Source of the DNA: a virus | IMG/VR virus record: IMGVR_UViG_3300034358_000044 | Span: 131,736 to 195,735 of that record | Reading direction: 5' to 3' (one strand) | DNA length: 64,000 nucleotides | Program-made: the position numbers and the translations under genes | Part shown: piece after piece, positions 18,341-27,093 of the stretch | Numbering within the stretch: position 1 is the first letter of the stretch | Layout of the letters: every line of letters begins with the position of its first letter | Notes under the pieces: model-generated | Told to the model about the DNA's origin: nothing | The model's database searches: none | Seen by the model: the letters and a program-made list of their open reading frames with translations, nothing else

Positions 18341-19705
18341 ATGCACTCCAAGCTTGCTGGCCACCTGCCTCTTCAGGACATGATTGCAGCAACTCTGGAG
18401 TCTGCCCGCTCCAAGATCGCTGCGGCGGAAGAGAAGGACAAGGAGAAGTCGGACAAGGTGAAGAAGCTCGTCGACTACGAGAAGAAGGAGCACGGAGGGA
18501 AGATCCCATCCGTCAAGGAAGAGGAGGACGAGCACAAGGAGAAGAAGTCCTCCGCCGTCCTCGACTTCGACGACCCGGACTCGATGGAGAAGCTCGCTGA
18601 GGCTCTGGACGAGCTGGGCGAGGAGCTCCTCAAGCAGGCCGACTCCGTCGAGAACGGCAAGGAGTCCAAGCAGGGTGGAGAGCAGCTCGCCACCCAGTCG
18701 CCCACTGGCGGCAAGCAGGTCTACACGGGCGCCAAGGCGACCGCCAAGCACCAGGTCACCGCTGGTGGGGTGAAGGCCACCAAGGACAACCCTGGTGCAG
18801 CCACTGCCAACGAGACGGATGAGAACCGTGCCCCTGGCGGCAATGGGGCCAAGTACCCCGACAAGGGCGTCCTGAAGACCGGGGCCGCTGCTCTTCAGGC
18901 TGTCGTGGCGGAGATCGCCCAAGAGAAGAGGGCTGGTGCCGGAGAGACGGTGATGAAGGGTCTCGGCAAGGCTGTCGGGACTACCGCTCGTGTGGCGGGC
19001 AATCACCCCCATCTCGCAGCCACTGCAGGGGGTGCTGCTGTGGGTGGAGTTACCGGTGCGATTGCCGGTGGACCCGGCAACCGGCTCTCTGGAGCCGGCA
19101 AGGGGGCTCTCACTGGGGCTGTCATTGGAGGTGGTGGGTCTCAGTTGAGGGAGCGTGCTGCAGAGGCTCTCGCCAAGAACCCACACTTCCTGAGTGCCGC
19201 CGGGGAGGCTCTGTCCAAGAAGGGTTCGGCTGAGAACTCTGCGGTCGGCTTCATCCTCAACAAGCTGGCCGAGTTCCAGGGCGGTGGAGAGGTTCTGAAC
19301 ACCGGCTCCGTGGCGATCCCCAGCAACGAGGGCCGGCAGCTCATCGCCAACAACTCTGCCCCCGTCTCGGCGACCAAGCGTGAGGCGAAGAGCCCTGGGC
19401 GGAAGCAGCTCTCCGAAGTTCTCACCGAGCCGGCTCAGACGGCCAGCACGGACAACACGGTTCAACAGAATCTGCGGAATGCCTCAAAGGGAGGCGTGAA
19501 GATCGCAGCGGTGAAGTCCTACCTCAGGAAGGTGTCTGAGGCAGGATGCGTGTGCAATGGCCAGGGTGAGTGCGACTACTGCCGCATGAAGTCTTCTGTC
19601 GAGAAGAAGCGTGCGGAGAAGAAGGTCAAGCAGAGCCTCGGCATGCCTCCGATGGGTCCAGCCCCTGCGGCTGGAGGTCCCATGGGTGGCCCCAAGATGA
19701 TGTGA
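18341..19705 (+). CDS. Putative scaffolding/internal head protein with Gly-zipper insert
   Basis: ATG at 18341 with AAGGAG SD; SKLA, SKIA, EKLA, LKQA, EKRA, NKLA, VKIA; C-terminal CVC..ECDYC. Confidence 0.6.
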   Translation: MHSKLAGHLPLQDMIAATLESARSKIAAAEEKDKEKSDKVKKLVDYEKKEHGGKIPSVKEEEDEHKEKKSSAVLDFDDPDSMEKLAEALDELGEELLKQADSVENGKESKQGGEQLATQSPTGGKQVYTGAKATAKHQVTAGGVKATKDNPGAATANETDENRAPGGNGAKYPDKGVLKTGAAALQAVVAEIAQEKRAGAGETVMKGLGKAVGTTARVAGNHPHLAATAGGAAVGGVTGAIAGGPGNRLSGAGKGALTGAVIGGGGSQLRERAAEALAKNPHFLSAAGEALSKKGSAENSAVGFILNKLAEFQGGGEVLNTGSVAIPSNEGRQLIANNSAPVSATKREAKSPGRKQLSEVLTEPAQTASTDNTVQQNLRNASKGGVKIAAVKSYLRKVSEAGCVCNGQGECDYCRMKSSVEKKRAEKKVKQSLGMPPMGPAPAAGGPMGGPKMM

Positions 19706-19740
19706 GAGACCCGATTCAGAAGACCAACCAGGAGTTACAC

Positions 19741-20112
19741 ATGAGCAAGATCAACAGCACCCAGGCTGGCCTGATGATGAAGGTGGCAGCCGAGAACGTT
19801 CGGGCTCTCTCACAGGAGAACCAGGAACTCAAGACGAAGGTGTCGCACTACGAGAAGCGTGCGCGTGCGGAGCAGATCGCATCCAAGATGGAGGAGAAGG
19901 GCCTTGAGCCCGAGCTCTCCATCCAGGAGAAGATCGCAGGACTCCTCAAGCGGGACGACCTCTCTGTGGTGGAAGAGGCAGTGAGCATGTCCGCCCCCCA
20001 GATGAAGCTCGCTTCTGTCGCAGAAGACGGAGAGCGAGTTGCTGTGGAGGGGGACGACACCGGCTCCTCGGCTTCTGACGCCTTCGCTGCCAACCTGGCC
20101 TCCCTGGACTGA
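19741..20112 (+). CDS. Putative scaffold protein (coiled coil, acidic tail)
   Basis: ATG at 19741 with AGGAG SD; MKVAA, MKLAS; two genes upstream of the capsid gene. Confidence 0.6.
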   Translation: MSKINSTQAGLMMKVAAENVRALSQENQELKTKVSHYEKRARAEQIASKMEEKGLEPELSIQEKIAGLLKRDDLSVVEEAVSMSAPQMKLASVAEDGERVAVEGDDTGSSASDAFAANLASLD

Positions 20113-20188
20113 AAGAAGAGATTCTTCTTCCCAAAGTCTCAACAGAAGTGATGCGATCTTCACAACCCTTTGACGGAGAACCACACCG

Positions 20189-20671
20189 ATGCCAGTTCCC
20201 AACTTCGAGCTCATCACTGAGCTTCAGACCCTGACCCGCCGCGACTTCCCAGTCGAAGACGTGACGATCCTCAAGCCCATCTCTTCTCTTCCTCTGGTTG
20301 AGGGGGAGTGGTTGGAGCTGAACGCCAACTATCACCTCCAGCGCGGAACCGGTGCTTCGCCGGCTTCGTTCATCGTCCACACCGAGCGCGGTCGGTACGA
20401 CACGCAGGCCATCGGCAAGACGAACGTCCTCTTCGCCGGTCAGTACGAGGGCGAGACGACCATGTTCGAGGGGGTCATCGGCTCCTTCGTTCCGGGACAC
20501 ATGGTGGTCCTGGCCCCCATCACTGCAGGTCCCAACACCGGCCGCGTCGGCATCAAGGACGCTGGTGCAGGTGGGGCGGCTGCAGGTTCCGTGGTGGTCG
20601 GTGTCGTCACCAAGGTGAACGGTTCGTCCGGCAAGGTCCGCTTCCTCCACATGAGCACCGGCAAGGTCTAA
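20189..20671 (+). CDS. Putative capsid decoration/cement protein
   Basis: 160 aa, beta-rich, immediately upstream of the MCP; strong codon bias. Call is positional. Confidence 0.55.
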   Translation: MPVPNFELITELQTLTRRDFPVEDVTILKPISSLPLVEGEWLELNANYHLQRGTGASPASFIVHTERGRYDTQAIGKTNVLFAGQYEGETTMFEGVIGSFVPGHMVVLAPITAGPNTGRVGIKDAGAGGAAAGSVVVGVVTKVNGSSGKVRFLHMSTGKV

Positions 20672-20708
20672 GCGGCGCTCTCCCACACTCAACCAAGGAC
20701 AAAAGACA

Positions 20709-21830
20709 ATGAGCACCGTTCCCGCAAAGGTTCTGAACGATCTCTTCTTCGAAAAGATCGGATCTGCAGAGGGCAAGGACAAGATCGCCGAGTTCGGCGG
20801 TACGTACATCCGTGACCGTCTGCGTGAAGTCTCGTTCGCCAGGAAGATCATCCCGCCCACCCCGGTGCAGCGCAGCGAGCTGCAGCGTTCGGTGAACCAC
20901 GACACCCTGGTGAAGATCGTCGACATCGAGCCCGACTCGAAGGCGATGAGCCTCACCTTCCGTGGCCAGCCCACGGCCCGGTTCATTCGTGCGCCGCGCT
21001 TCGAGATCCCCTTCTTCACCATCTCCTCGGAGAAGTTCGAGAAGACGGAGCAGGAGCTCCTGGCGTACGAGATGCCCATCACCAAGATCATCGAGGAGAA
21101 CTCGGTCAAGGACATCCAGGCGATCGAGGACCGGCAGTTCCTCATCTACGTCGAGGCCTGCATCCAGGCGTACCAGCTCGACAGCAACAACGGAGTCGCG
21201 ACCTCCTTCAACAGGACCCGCGTCCTGGCCGGTACGGTCGTCAGCTCCTCCGTGGTCAAGAGCGAGGGTGCTCTGGCTGCGTCGGCCGACAACTTCATCG
21301 TCCACCCCCTGCTGAAGCCCGACTTCATCAAGCTCAAGCAGGTCATGCACCGTCGCTTCCTGCGTGCTGAGCGCATCCTCATCACCGAGCCCGACTACGA
21401 CAACCTCTCGGCCTGGACCATCCAGGACGTGTGGAGCATCGCTGCCGAGACGGCGACCGAGGGCTGGAAGGCCAACACGGTGGTCGGCCTCAAGATCATC
21501 CGCACCATCAAGACGAACATCCTCCGCGAGGGCAACATCTACTGCTTCGCGGCTCCCGAGTTCTTCGGCCGGTTCTACATCCTGAACCAGACGAAGTTCT
21601 ACATCGACAAGATCGCCAACCTCATCACCTGGCAGTCGTGGGAGGACATCGGGATGGGCTTCGGCAACATCGCCGCCGTGGTCAAGCTGGAGCTCTACTC
21701 CGGCTCGGTCACCCCGGGTGCCACCGACACCGGCTTCTGGGCCGAGCTGCCCAAGGACGAGGACGACCTGTCGCCCATCAACAACAGGGCCGACAAGGGC
21801 CTGACCACTCCGGAAGTCGACCAGTTCTGA
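20709..21830 (+). CDS. Major capsid protein (HK97 fold)
   Basis: 373 aa; extreme C/G codon bias; SFARKIIPP, E-loop-like beta region, long helix ITKIIEENSVKDIQAIEDRQF; follows protease and scaffolds; followed by a terminator. Confidence 0.8.
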   Translation: MSTVPAKVLNDLFFEKIGSAEGKDKIAEFGGTYIRDRLREVSFARKIIPPTPVQRSELQRSVNHDTLVKIVDIEPDSKAMSLTFRGQPTARFIRAPRFEIPFFTISSEKFEKTEQELLAYEMPITKIIEENSVKDIQAIEDRQFLIYVEACIQAYQLDSNNGVATSFNRTRVLAGTVVSSSVVKSEGALAASADNFIVHPLLKPDFIKLKQVMHRRFLRAERILITEPDYDNLSAWTIQDVWSIAAETATEGWKANTVVGLKIIRTIKTNILREGNIYCFAAPEFFGRFYILNQTKFYIDKIANLITWQSWEDIGMGFGNIAAVVKLELYSGSVTPGATDTGFWAELPKDEDDLSPINNRADKGLTTPEVDQF

Positions 21831-21852
21831 GCTGACTCCAGTTCGGATGGGC

Positions 21853-21889
21853 AAGGGGGAGGGAGGAAACTCCCTCCCCTTTGTTCTTT
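21853..21889 (+). terminator. Intrinsic terminator after the MCP
   Basis: GGGGAGGGAG-GAAA-CTCCCTCCCC followed by TTTGTTCTTT. Confidence 0.85.
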
Positions 21890-21908
21890 GAGTAGTAGAA
21901 AGGGAACC

Positions 21909-22580
21909 ATGCACTACGAGATCACCGCGTCCCAACAGGCCATTCGTAAGAACCTCTCCACCACCCAGAGGATGTCGTCCCTCTACTCCGATTCCCCTCG
22001 CATCGGGACGGTGACCCTGCGCCGAGGTCAGGTGCTGCGGCTCTCCGTAGCCGAACACAAGTACCACCAGGCCCACCTCGACCGCCTCATCGCGGCAGGA
22101 GCCATCACCGTCGTGGCCGTGAACGACGACACGGACACCCAGGTCGTCCGCGAAGCCCCTCCAGTGGCCCGCCCTTCGGCCCCTGTCATCGTCCTGCCCC
22201 CACCCCCACCTACGACCGTCGAACTCCCCACAGGGCTCACCCAGGTGGCTCCTGCGCCCTCTCCAGACCCAGTCCCAATCATCGAGCCTCCTCCTGTGGT
22301 GAGTGTCGCCCACGAGGAAGAAGACAAGGGATCGATCGCCGCCAGGAACGCGGCCAACGACAGGATGGTGCCCGAGCCTACGAGTGCGGCTGTGAGAGCC
22401 GTCCAAGAGGCCGAAGACAAGAAGGCGATGGACGCCATGAATGTGCCCATCGTCGAGCCGGTGCCTGCTCCTGTGCCGGCCCCCGTGCCTGAGCCAGTTC
22501 CTGAGGTCATCCAGCCGGAGCCTCCTCCAGAGCACCCCCACACGGTCGAGACCGCAAGTCGCAAGAAGGGCAAGAGGTAG
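21909..22580 (+). CDS. Hypothetical protein with Pro-rich low-complexity C-terminus
   Basis: ATG at 21909; PEPVPAP-type repeats; basic end. Confidence 0.6.
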   Translation: MHYEITASQQAIRKNLSTTQRMSSLYSDSPRIGTVTLRRGQVLRLSVAEHKYHQAHLDRLIAAGAITVVAVNDDTDTQVVREAPPVARPSAPVIVLPPPPPTTVELPTGLTQVAPAPSPDPVPIIEPPPVVSVAHEEEDKGSIAARNAANDRMVPEPTSAAVRAVQEAEDKKAMDAMNVPIVEPVPAPVPAPVPEPVPEVIQPEPPPEHPHTVETASRKKGKR

Positions 22581-22583
22581 CTC

Positions 22584-22931
22584 GTGCTGGTCTACAACCT
22601 GACGCCCACGGAGGTGACCTACAAGGGTCGCCGCATTCCTCCCAACGGTGGCTCACTGGAGTACCAGGACCTCACCTTCATCCCCACCAGGGACCTGGAG
22701 CTGGAGAAGTCCAAGGTGCTCGCCTTCGGCTCCGTCCCTCACTGGTGGATTGTTCAGAAGGCCGTCTTTCAGGCACCGAGCAACCCCATCATGGCCACTG
22801 TGCAGGTGGCAGGTGCCGTGGACAAGACGGGAAGCATCCCAGGGCAGACCATGGCGGTCATCGCGGAGTCTCCTGTCTCTGTCACGGATGTCGCTGCAGT
22901 CTCGATGAGCTCTTCCACGAAGAAGAAGTGA
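22584..22931 (+). CDS. Hypothetical protein
   Basis: 115 aa, GTG start; architecture resembles the upstream gene (small domain plus low-complexity tail ending KKK). Confidence 0.55.
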   Translation: MLVYNLTPTEVTYKGRRIPPNGGSLEYQDLTFIPTRDLELEKSKVLAFGSVPHWWIVQKAVFQAPSNPIMATVQVAGAVDKTGSIPGQTMAVIAESPVSVTDVAAVSMSSSTKKK

Positions 22932-22939
22932 GGTGACTC

Positions 22940-23473
22940 GTGTCGGACCAGGAAGCAATGTACGATCCGCCACGGCCACCACCTGCACCGTTGGACTCTC
23001 CTTCTGTCCCCAGAGCCCACATCGAGCTCAACAACTTCGTGAATCAGGTTCGGTCCTTCATGAGGGACTACCCTGAGCTCAACCGCCTGGTCGCTGGGGT
23101 GGAGAGCTCCAACCGGCAAATCGTTTGGGCCATCTTCGACACTCTGGACGACTTCAACTCCAGCCCGCCCTTCACGATGCACAACGTGGAGTCCTTCCCC
23201 TCCAAGAGCCTTCTCATCCGGGGCACGGTCTGCTCTCTCTTGGAGTCCATCGGTCTCCTTCAGACGCGCAACCACCTCCAGTTCTCGGACGGCGGCATCA
23301 CCGTAGGGGTGAGCGACAAGACCCCCTTCATCCAGTCCTGGCTGCAGCTCTTCCGCAACTCCTACGAGGCGAAGAAGGAGAAGCTGAAGGTGGCCTACAA
23401 CATCGAGACGGCCTGGGGTGGTGGAGTCTTCTCGGAGTACCGATTCGTGAACAACTTCTACGGGGAGTGGTGA
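22940..23473 (+). CDS. Putative head-tail adaptor (neck) protein
   Basis: Helical bundle followed by LQFSDGGITVGVS beta hairpin; position downstream of the MCP. Confidence 0.55.
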   Translation: MSDQEAMYDPPRPPPAPLDSPSVPRAHIELNNFVNQVRSFMRDYPELNRLVAGVESSNRQIVWAIFDTLDDFNSSPPFTMHNVESFPSKSLLIRGTVCSLLESIGLLQTRNHLQFSDGGITVGVSDKTPFIQSWLQLFRNSYEAKKEKLKVAYNIETAWGGGVFSEYRFVNNFYGEW

Positions 23474-23964
23474 TGCATCCCTACATGTTCAAGGGTTTCG
23501 AAGATGAGCTTCAGAAGATCGCCATCTCAGAAGAGTGGGCGAGAGAGCACTCTCGAAGAGGGATGGCAAACCGCTTGAGGCTGGAGGAAGCGACTCTCAC
23601 TGGAACTGGGGCTCGTAGAAGTCGTGCTGTAAAGGGAGGCCATGAACTGACGAGTAAGGGAAACGACAGGGCCCTCGATCTCCAAGGACGGCTCGCGAGC
23701 CGAAAAGATTCCATTTCCTCCAGAACCCAGAAGAACCTGGATGCTTCGTGGGCAGGAGTGACGGATGCTTTCAAGGACACGAAAGACTTGAAGAAGTCTA
23801 TTTCAAAGTCTCGCGCCGAGAAGGTCAAGAGCATTCGAAACCTCAACACCGTCAAGAAGGTGGGCAAGGGTGTTGCCGGTGTCGGAGTTCTTGCTGCTGG
23901 TGCCTACGGAGCCAAGAAGATGTACGACCGGCAGAGGACCAAGATCCCTGCTAAAAGCGAGTGA
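23473..23964 (+). CDS. Leader-tagged basic head cargo protein
   Basis: TGATG coupling; MHPYMFKGFEDELQKIA leader; C-terminal GVAGVGVLAAGAYGAKKMYD. Confidence 0.7.
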   Translation: MHPYMFKGFEDELQKIAISEEWAREHSRRGMANRLRLEEATLTGTGARRSRAVKGGHELTSKGNDRALDLQGRLASRKDSISSRTQKNLDASWAGVTDAFKDTKDLKKSISKSRAEKVKSIRNLNTVKKVGKGVAGVGVLAAGAYGAKKMYDRQRTKIPAKSE

Positions 23965-23968
23965 GCCA

Positions 23969-26215
23969 ATGCACGTCGCCACGCTCACTGCCTTCGAGGA
24001 CGAGCTTGAGAAAGAGGCAGATGTCATCACGCCCCTCAAGGCGCATCAGCAGAGGGTCGTCGATCGCATTCAGCAGGAGGACCAGCCCGGTCTTGTGGTG
24101 GCCCACGGACTGGGTTCTGGCAAGACGCTGACGTCCATTGCCGCCCAAGACGCATTGGGGATGCATGCGGACGTCGTTGTTCCTGCCGCCCTACAGGCGA
24201 ACTACAAGAAGGAAATCAAGCAGCACACCAAGGGCAAGGTTCCCAAGGCGGCCATTCAGTCGATGCAGAACGTGGCCACCAAGAAGACGCAGTTGAAGCG
24301 CCCGATGATGGTAGTGGACGAGGCCCACCGCATGAGGGATCCGTCCTCCAACACCTTCCAGACGCTGAAGGGGACGGAAGCCAAGAAGCGACTACTCCTC
24401 ACTGGGAGCCCATTCTACAATCACCCTTCGGACATCGCCCCACTCATCGACCTGGCCGCCAATGCCAAGGTGCTACCATTCGACAAGGATGAGTTCACTC
24501 GGGCCTATATTGCCGAGAAGACCATCAACCCCAGTTTCGGGCAGAGTCTGGCCAACATCTTTCGTTCTGATGAGAATAAGGTGAGGCCCGGTTTCGTGCC
24601 CATTCTCTACGAGAAGAAGGCTCCTGAACTACGAGCCGCCTTCAAGAAGTGGGTCGACTACCATCCAGGCAGCAAGGATGCAGAGGGCTTCCCGGATGTC
24701 GAGAAGAGGGACGTCCCCATCGAGATGACGAAGGAACAGCTTCGCGTCTACGATACCCTCATGGACAGGGCGCCCGCTTGGGTCGCCGCCAAGGTGAAGC
24801 GCGGATTGCCTCCCAGCAAGCAAGAGGCCTCGCAGCTCAACGCCTTCCTCACGGCTTCTCGGCAGGCCACCAACACCACCGCCCCCTTCCAGCAGGACCA
24901 GAAGAACATCCAGGACCCGAAGATTCAAGCCGCCTTCTCCAGCCTCAAGAAGACCCTGGAGGGCAACCCGCGAGCTCGGGCAGTGGTGTATTCCAACTTC
25001 CTGGATGCAGGCATCAATCCCTACAAAGCCAAGCTGGACGAAGCCAAGATTCCCTACGGGGAGTTCACTGGGGCCATGTCCAAGAAGAAGAGGGAGGAGA
25101 TAGTCCAGCAGTACAACGCAGGTAAGCTGCGAACGCTTCTCCTCTCCAGTGCAGGTGGGGAAGGTTTGGACTTGAAGGGCACCAGACTGATGCAGATTCT
25201 GGAACCTCACTGGAACGAAGAGAAGCTGAAGCAGGTCCATGGGCGTGGGGCTCGCTACATGAGCCACTCCGATCTACCTCCTGAAGAGCGAAAGCTCCTC
25301 ATCGAGAACTACATCGCCAAGCGCCCCCAGGGACTGCCGACGTCGGTCTACAACAAGATCACGGGTCGAGCCCCGGACAAGTCAGTGGATGAGTACTTGA
25401 CCCAGATGTCCGGCGACAAGGAGAAGCTCATCGAACAGTTCCGTGCGCTCCTCCCGAATGGGAAAGAGAAGAAGTCTGCTGCCGAGAAGAAGAAGGAACT
25501 CTTCGTCACCGACGAGAACACTCAGCGAGGCAAGACCACTGAGGTATCCAGAGAGCTTGCCAAGTCCCTGAAGCCGAGGGCGGCAGCCTTTGCTACCTTC
25601 ACTGCCCCATTGGCTCTCACCGGGTTTCGTCTCGCTCGGGGGCTAGGGCCGAACATGAGTACGAAGTCACAGGCCCTTGCTGGAGGTGTTGGGGCGGCTC
25701 TCGGTGGTGCTCTGGGACACTTCATTGCCCATAATCAGACCGCCAACATCATCAACGACAGCAAGGCCATTGCCCGTCAAGCTCTTCGAACCGCCTCCAA
25801 AGAGAACAGCCTTCGAGAGGAAGCTGGGAAGATGAACTGGGGTGATGTTGCGCGTTCCTCCAGGAATCGCGTCATCAGTGATGTGGCCACCTCCGCTCCA
25901 GTACTCACTCGACTAGCGACCCAGCACATCCAGGGAAAGGGGCTTAAATTCCCCACGACGGACCTGGGGCTCATGGCGGCTGGAAACATCCTAGGCTCCA
26001 TCGGATCCGGCTACCTAGAGAAGTACAAGAAGATGATTGCCGTGAATGAGCTCGACAACGTCAAAGCTCGTATGGCGGAGCAGGACGCTACGCGCCTCAA
26101 GAGACTTCGTAACCAGGTAGCCCAGCTGGAGACTCGGGTCGAGGGGGACGGATGGAACGCCCCCAAGAAGGACGACGCTCCAGTTGAGAAGAAGAAGGGC
26201 AAGCTGGACTGGTAG
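23969..26215 (+). CDS. SNF2-type superfamily 2 helicase with capsid-cargo leader and Gly-rich C-terminal extension
   Basis: HGLGSGKT, DEAH, TGSP, SSAGGEGLDL, QVHGRGAR; N-terminus MHVATLTAFEDELEKEA. Confidence 0.88.
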   Translation: MHVATLTAFEDELEKEADVITPLKAHQQRVVDRIQQEDQPGLVVAHGLGSGKTLTSIAAQDALGMHADVVVPAALQANYKKEIKQHTKGKVPKAAIQSMQNVATKKTQLKRPMMVVDEAHRMRDPSSNTFQTLKGTEAKKRLLLTGSPFYNHPSDIAPLIDLAANAKVLPFDKDEFTRAYIAEKTINPSFGQSLANIFRSDENKVRPGFVPILYEKKAPELRAAFKKWVDYHPGSKDAEGFPDVEKRDVPIEMTKEQLRVYDTLMDRAPAWVAAKVKRGLPPSKQEASQLNAFLTASRQATNTTAPFQQDQKNIQDPKIQAAFSSLKKTLEGNPRARAVVYSNFLDAGINPYKAKLDEAKIPYGEFTGAMSKKKREEIVQQYNAGKLRTLLLSSAGGEGLDLKGTRLMQILEPHWNEEKLKQVHGRGARYMSHSDLPPEERKLLIENYIAKRPQGLPTSVYNKITGRAPDKSVDEYLTQMSGDKEKLIEQFRALLPNGKEKKSAAEKKKELFVTDENTQRGKTTEVSRELAKSLKPRAAAFATFTAPLALTGFRLARGLGPNMSTKSQALAGGVGAALGGALGHFIAHNQTANIINDSKAIARQALRTASKENSLREEAGKMNWGDVARSSRNRVISDVATSAPVLTRLATQHIQGKGLKFPTTDLGLMAAGNILGSIGSGYLEKYKKMIAVNELDNVKARMAEQDATRLKRLRNQVAQLETRVEGDGWNAPKKDDAPVEKKKGKLDW

Positions 26216-26253
26216 CTGTTCTCACTCCTCCTGAATGAATGTAGGTTAGGAAC

Positions 26254-27093
26254 ATGCATCTCCGCACCCTTACGGCTTTCGATGACGAGCTCGTGAAGAT
26301 CGCCGTCTCGGAGAGGGAGAACTCTCAGACCCTTCGTGACCAGAAACGCTTGGATCTTTTTCATAAGACACTGGCGGTAGGTGGCTCAGCATATGGGGCT
26401 CATGCTCTTGGTGTCGGGGCCAACCGTGCTCTGGTTGGCTCGTTGATTAGAGGGGAGCAAGGTCTCTCTACGTCCCCACAGCATATTCTCGACCTTCACC
26501 ATCAGATTCACCCAGAGGGTATGGTTGTTCCTGTGGAAGGGGGTCTTGATTTCGCCAAACACATCTACCACGGGACTCCGACTGCTGGGATACCTCGGGG
26601 AGCTGTAGAAGAGATAAACGGGCCCGGCGGAGTGCATCTTCCGAAGACGACGAGAGGGGTGAGTATAGCTCCTACTCAGGTAGGGCCTCACATAACTGCA
26701 CATGAACTCGGACACGGAAGGTTTTCACAGGGAAAGCTGGGAAGGGCTGCCATAGGGGCTAAGAGATTTCTTGGCACGCATCAAACAGCTGTAGGGCGTG
26801 CAAGCGCAATAGGTTCGTATGGAATGGCTCTTCAAGACCCTGACAGCGCGGCTTCAAAGTTGGCTCCGGTAGTCGGCGGCCTTCGACACCTCCCAACTCT
26901 TGTTGACGAGGCTGGCGCCACATTCCATGGACTACGAGGAATGAAGGCTCTCGGGATGAAGGGTGGGAAGGCTTCCCTAGCCAAGGCATTCGGTACGTAC
27001 GCGGCGGCGGCTGCCCCTTCCGTACTGGGTCCCGCTGGTGTTCGTCAGTTCATGAAGTACAAGAAGAACAAGGCCAAGGAGAGCGCTCCGTGA
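26254..27093 (+). CDS. Leader-tagged putative zinc metallopeptidase (zincin)
   Basis: MHLRTLTAFDDELVKIA; TAHELGH plus downstream LVDEAGA third-ligand-like Glu; hydrophobic segments. Confidence 0.7.
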   Translation: MHLRTLTAFDDELVKIAVSERENSQTLRDQKRLDLFHKTLAVGGSAYGAHALGVGANRALVGSLIRGEQGLSTSPQHILDLHHQIHPEGMVVPVEGGLDFAKHIYHGTPTAGIPRGAVEEINGPGGVHLPKTTRGVSIAPTQVGPHITAHELGHGRFSQGKLGRAAIGAKRFLGTHQTAVGRASAIGSYGMALQDPDSAASKLAPVVGGLRHLPTLVDEAGATFHGLRGMKALGMKGGKASLAKAFGTYAAAAAPSVLGPAGVRQFMKYKKNKAKESAP

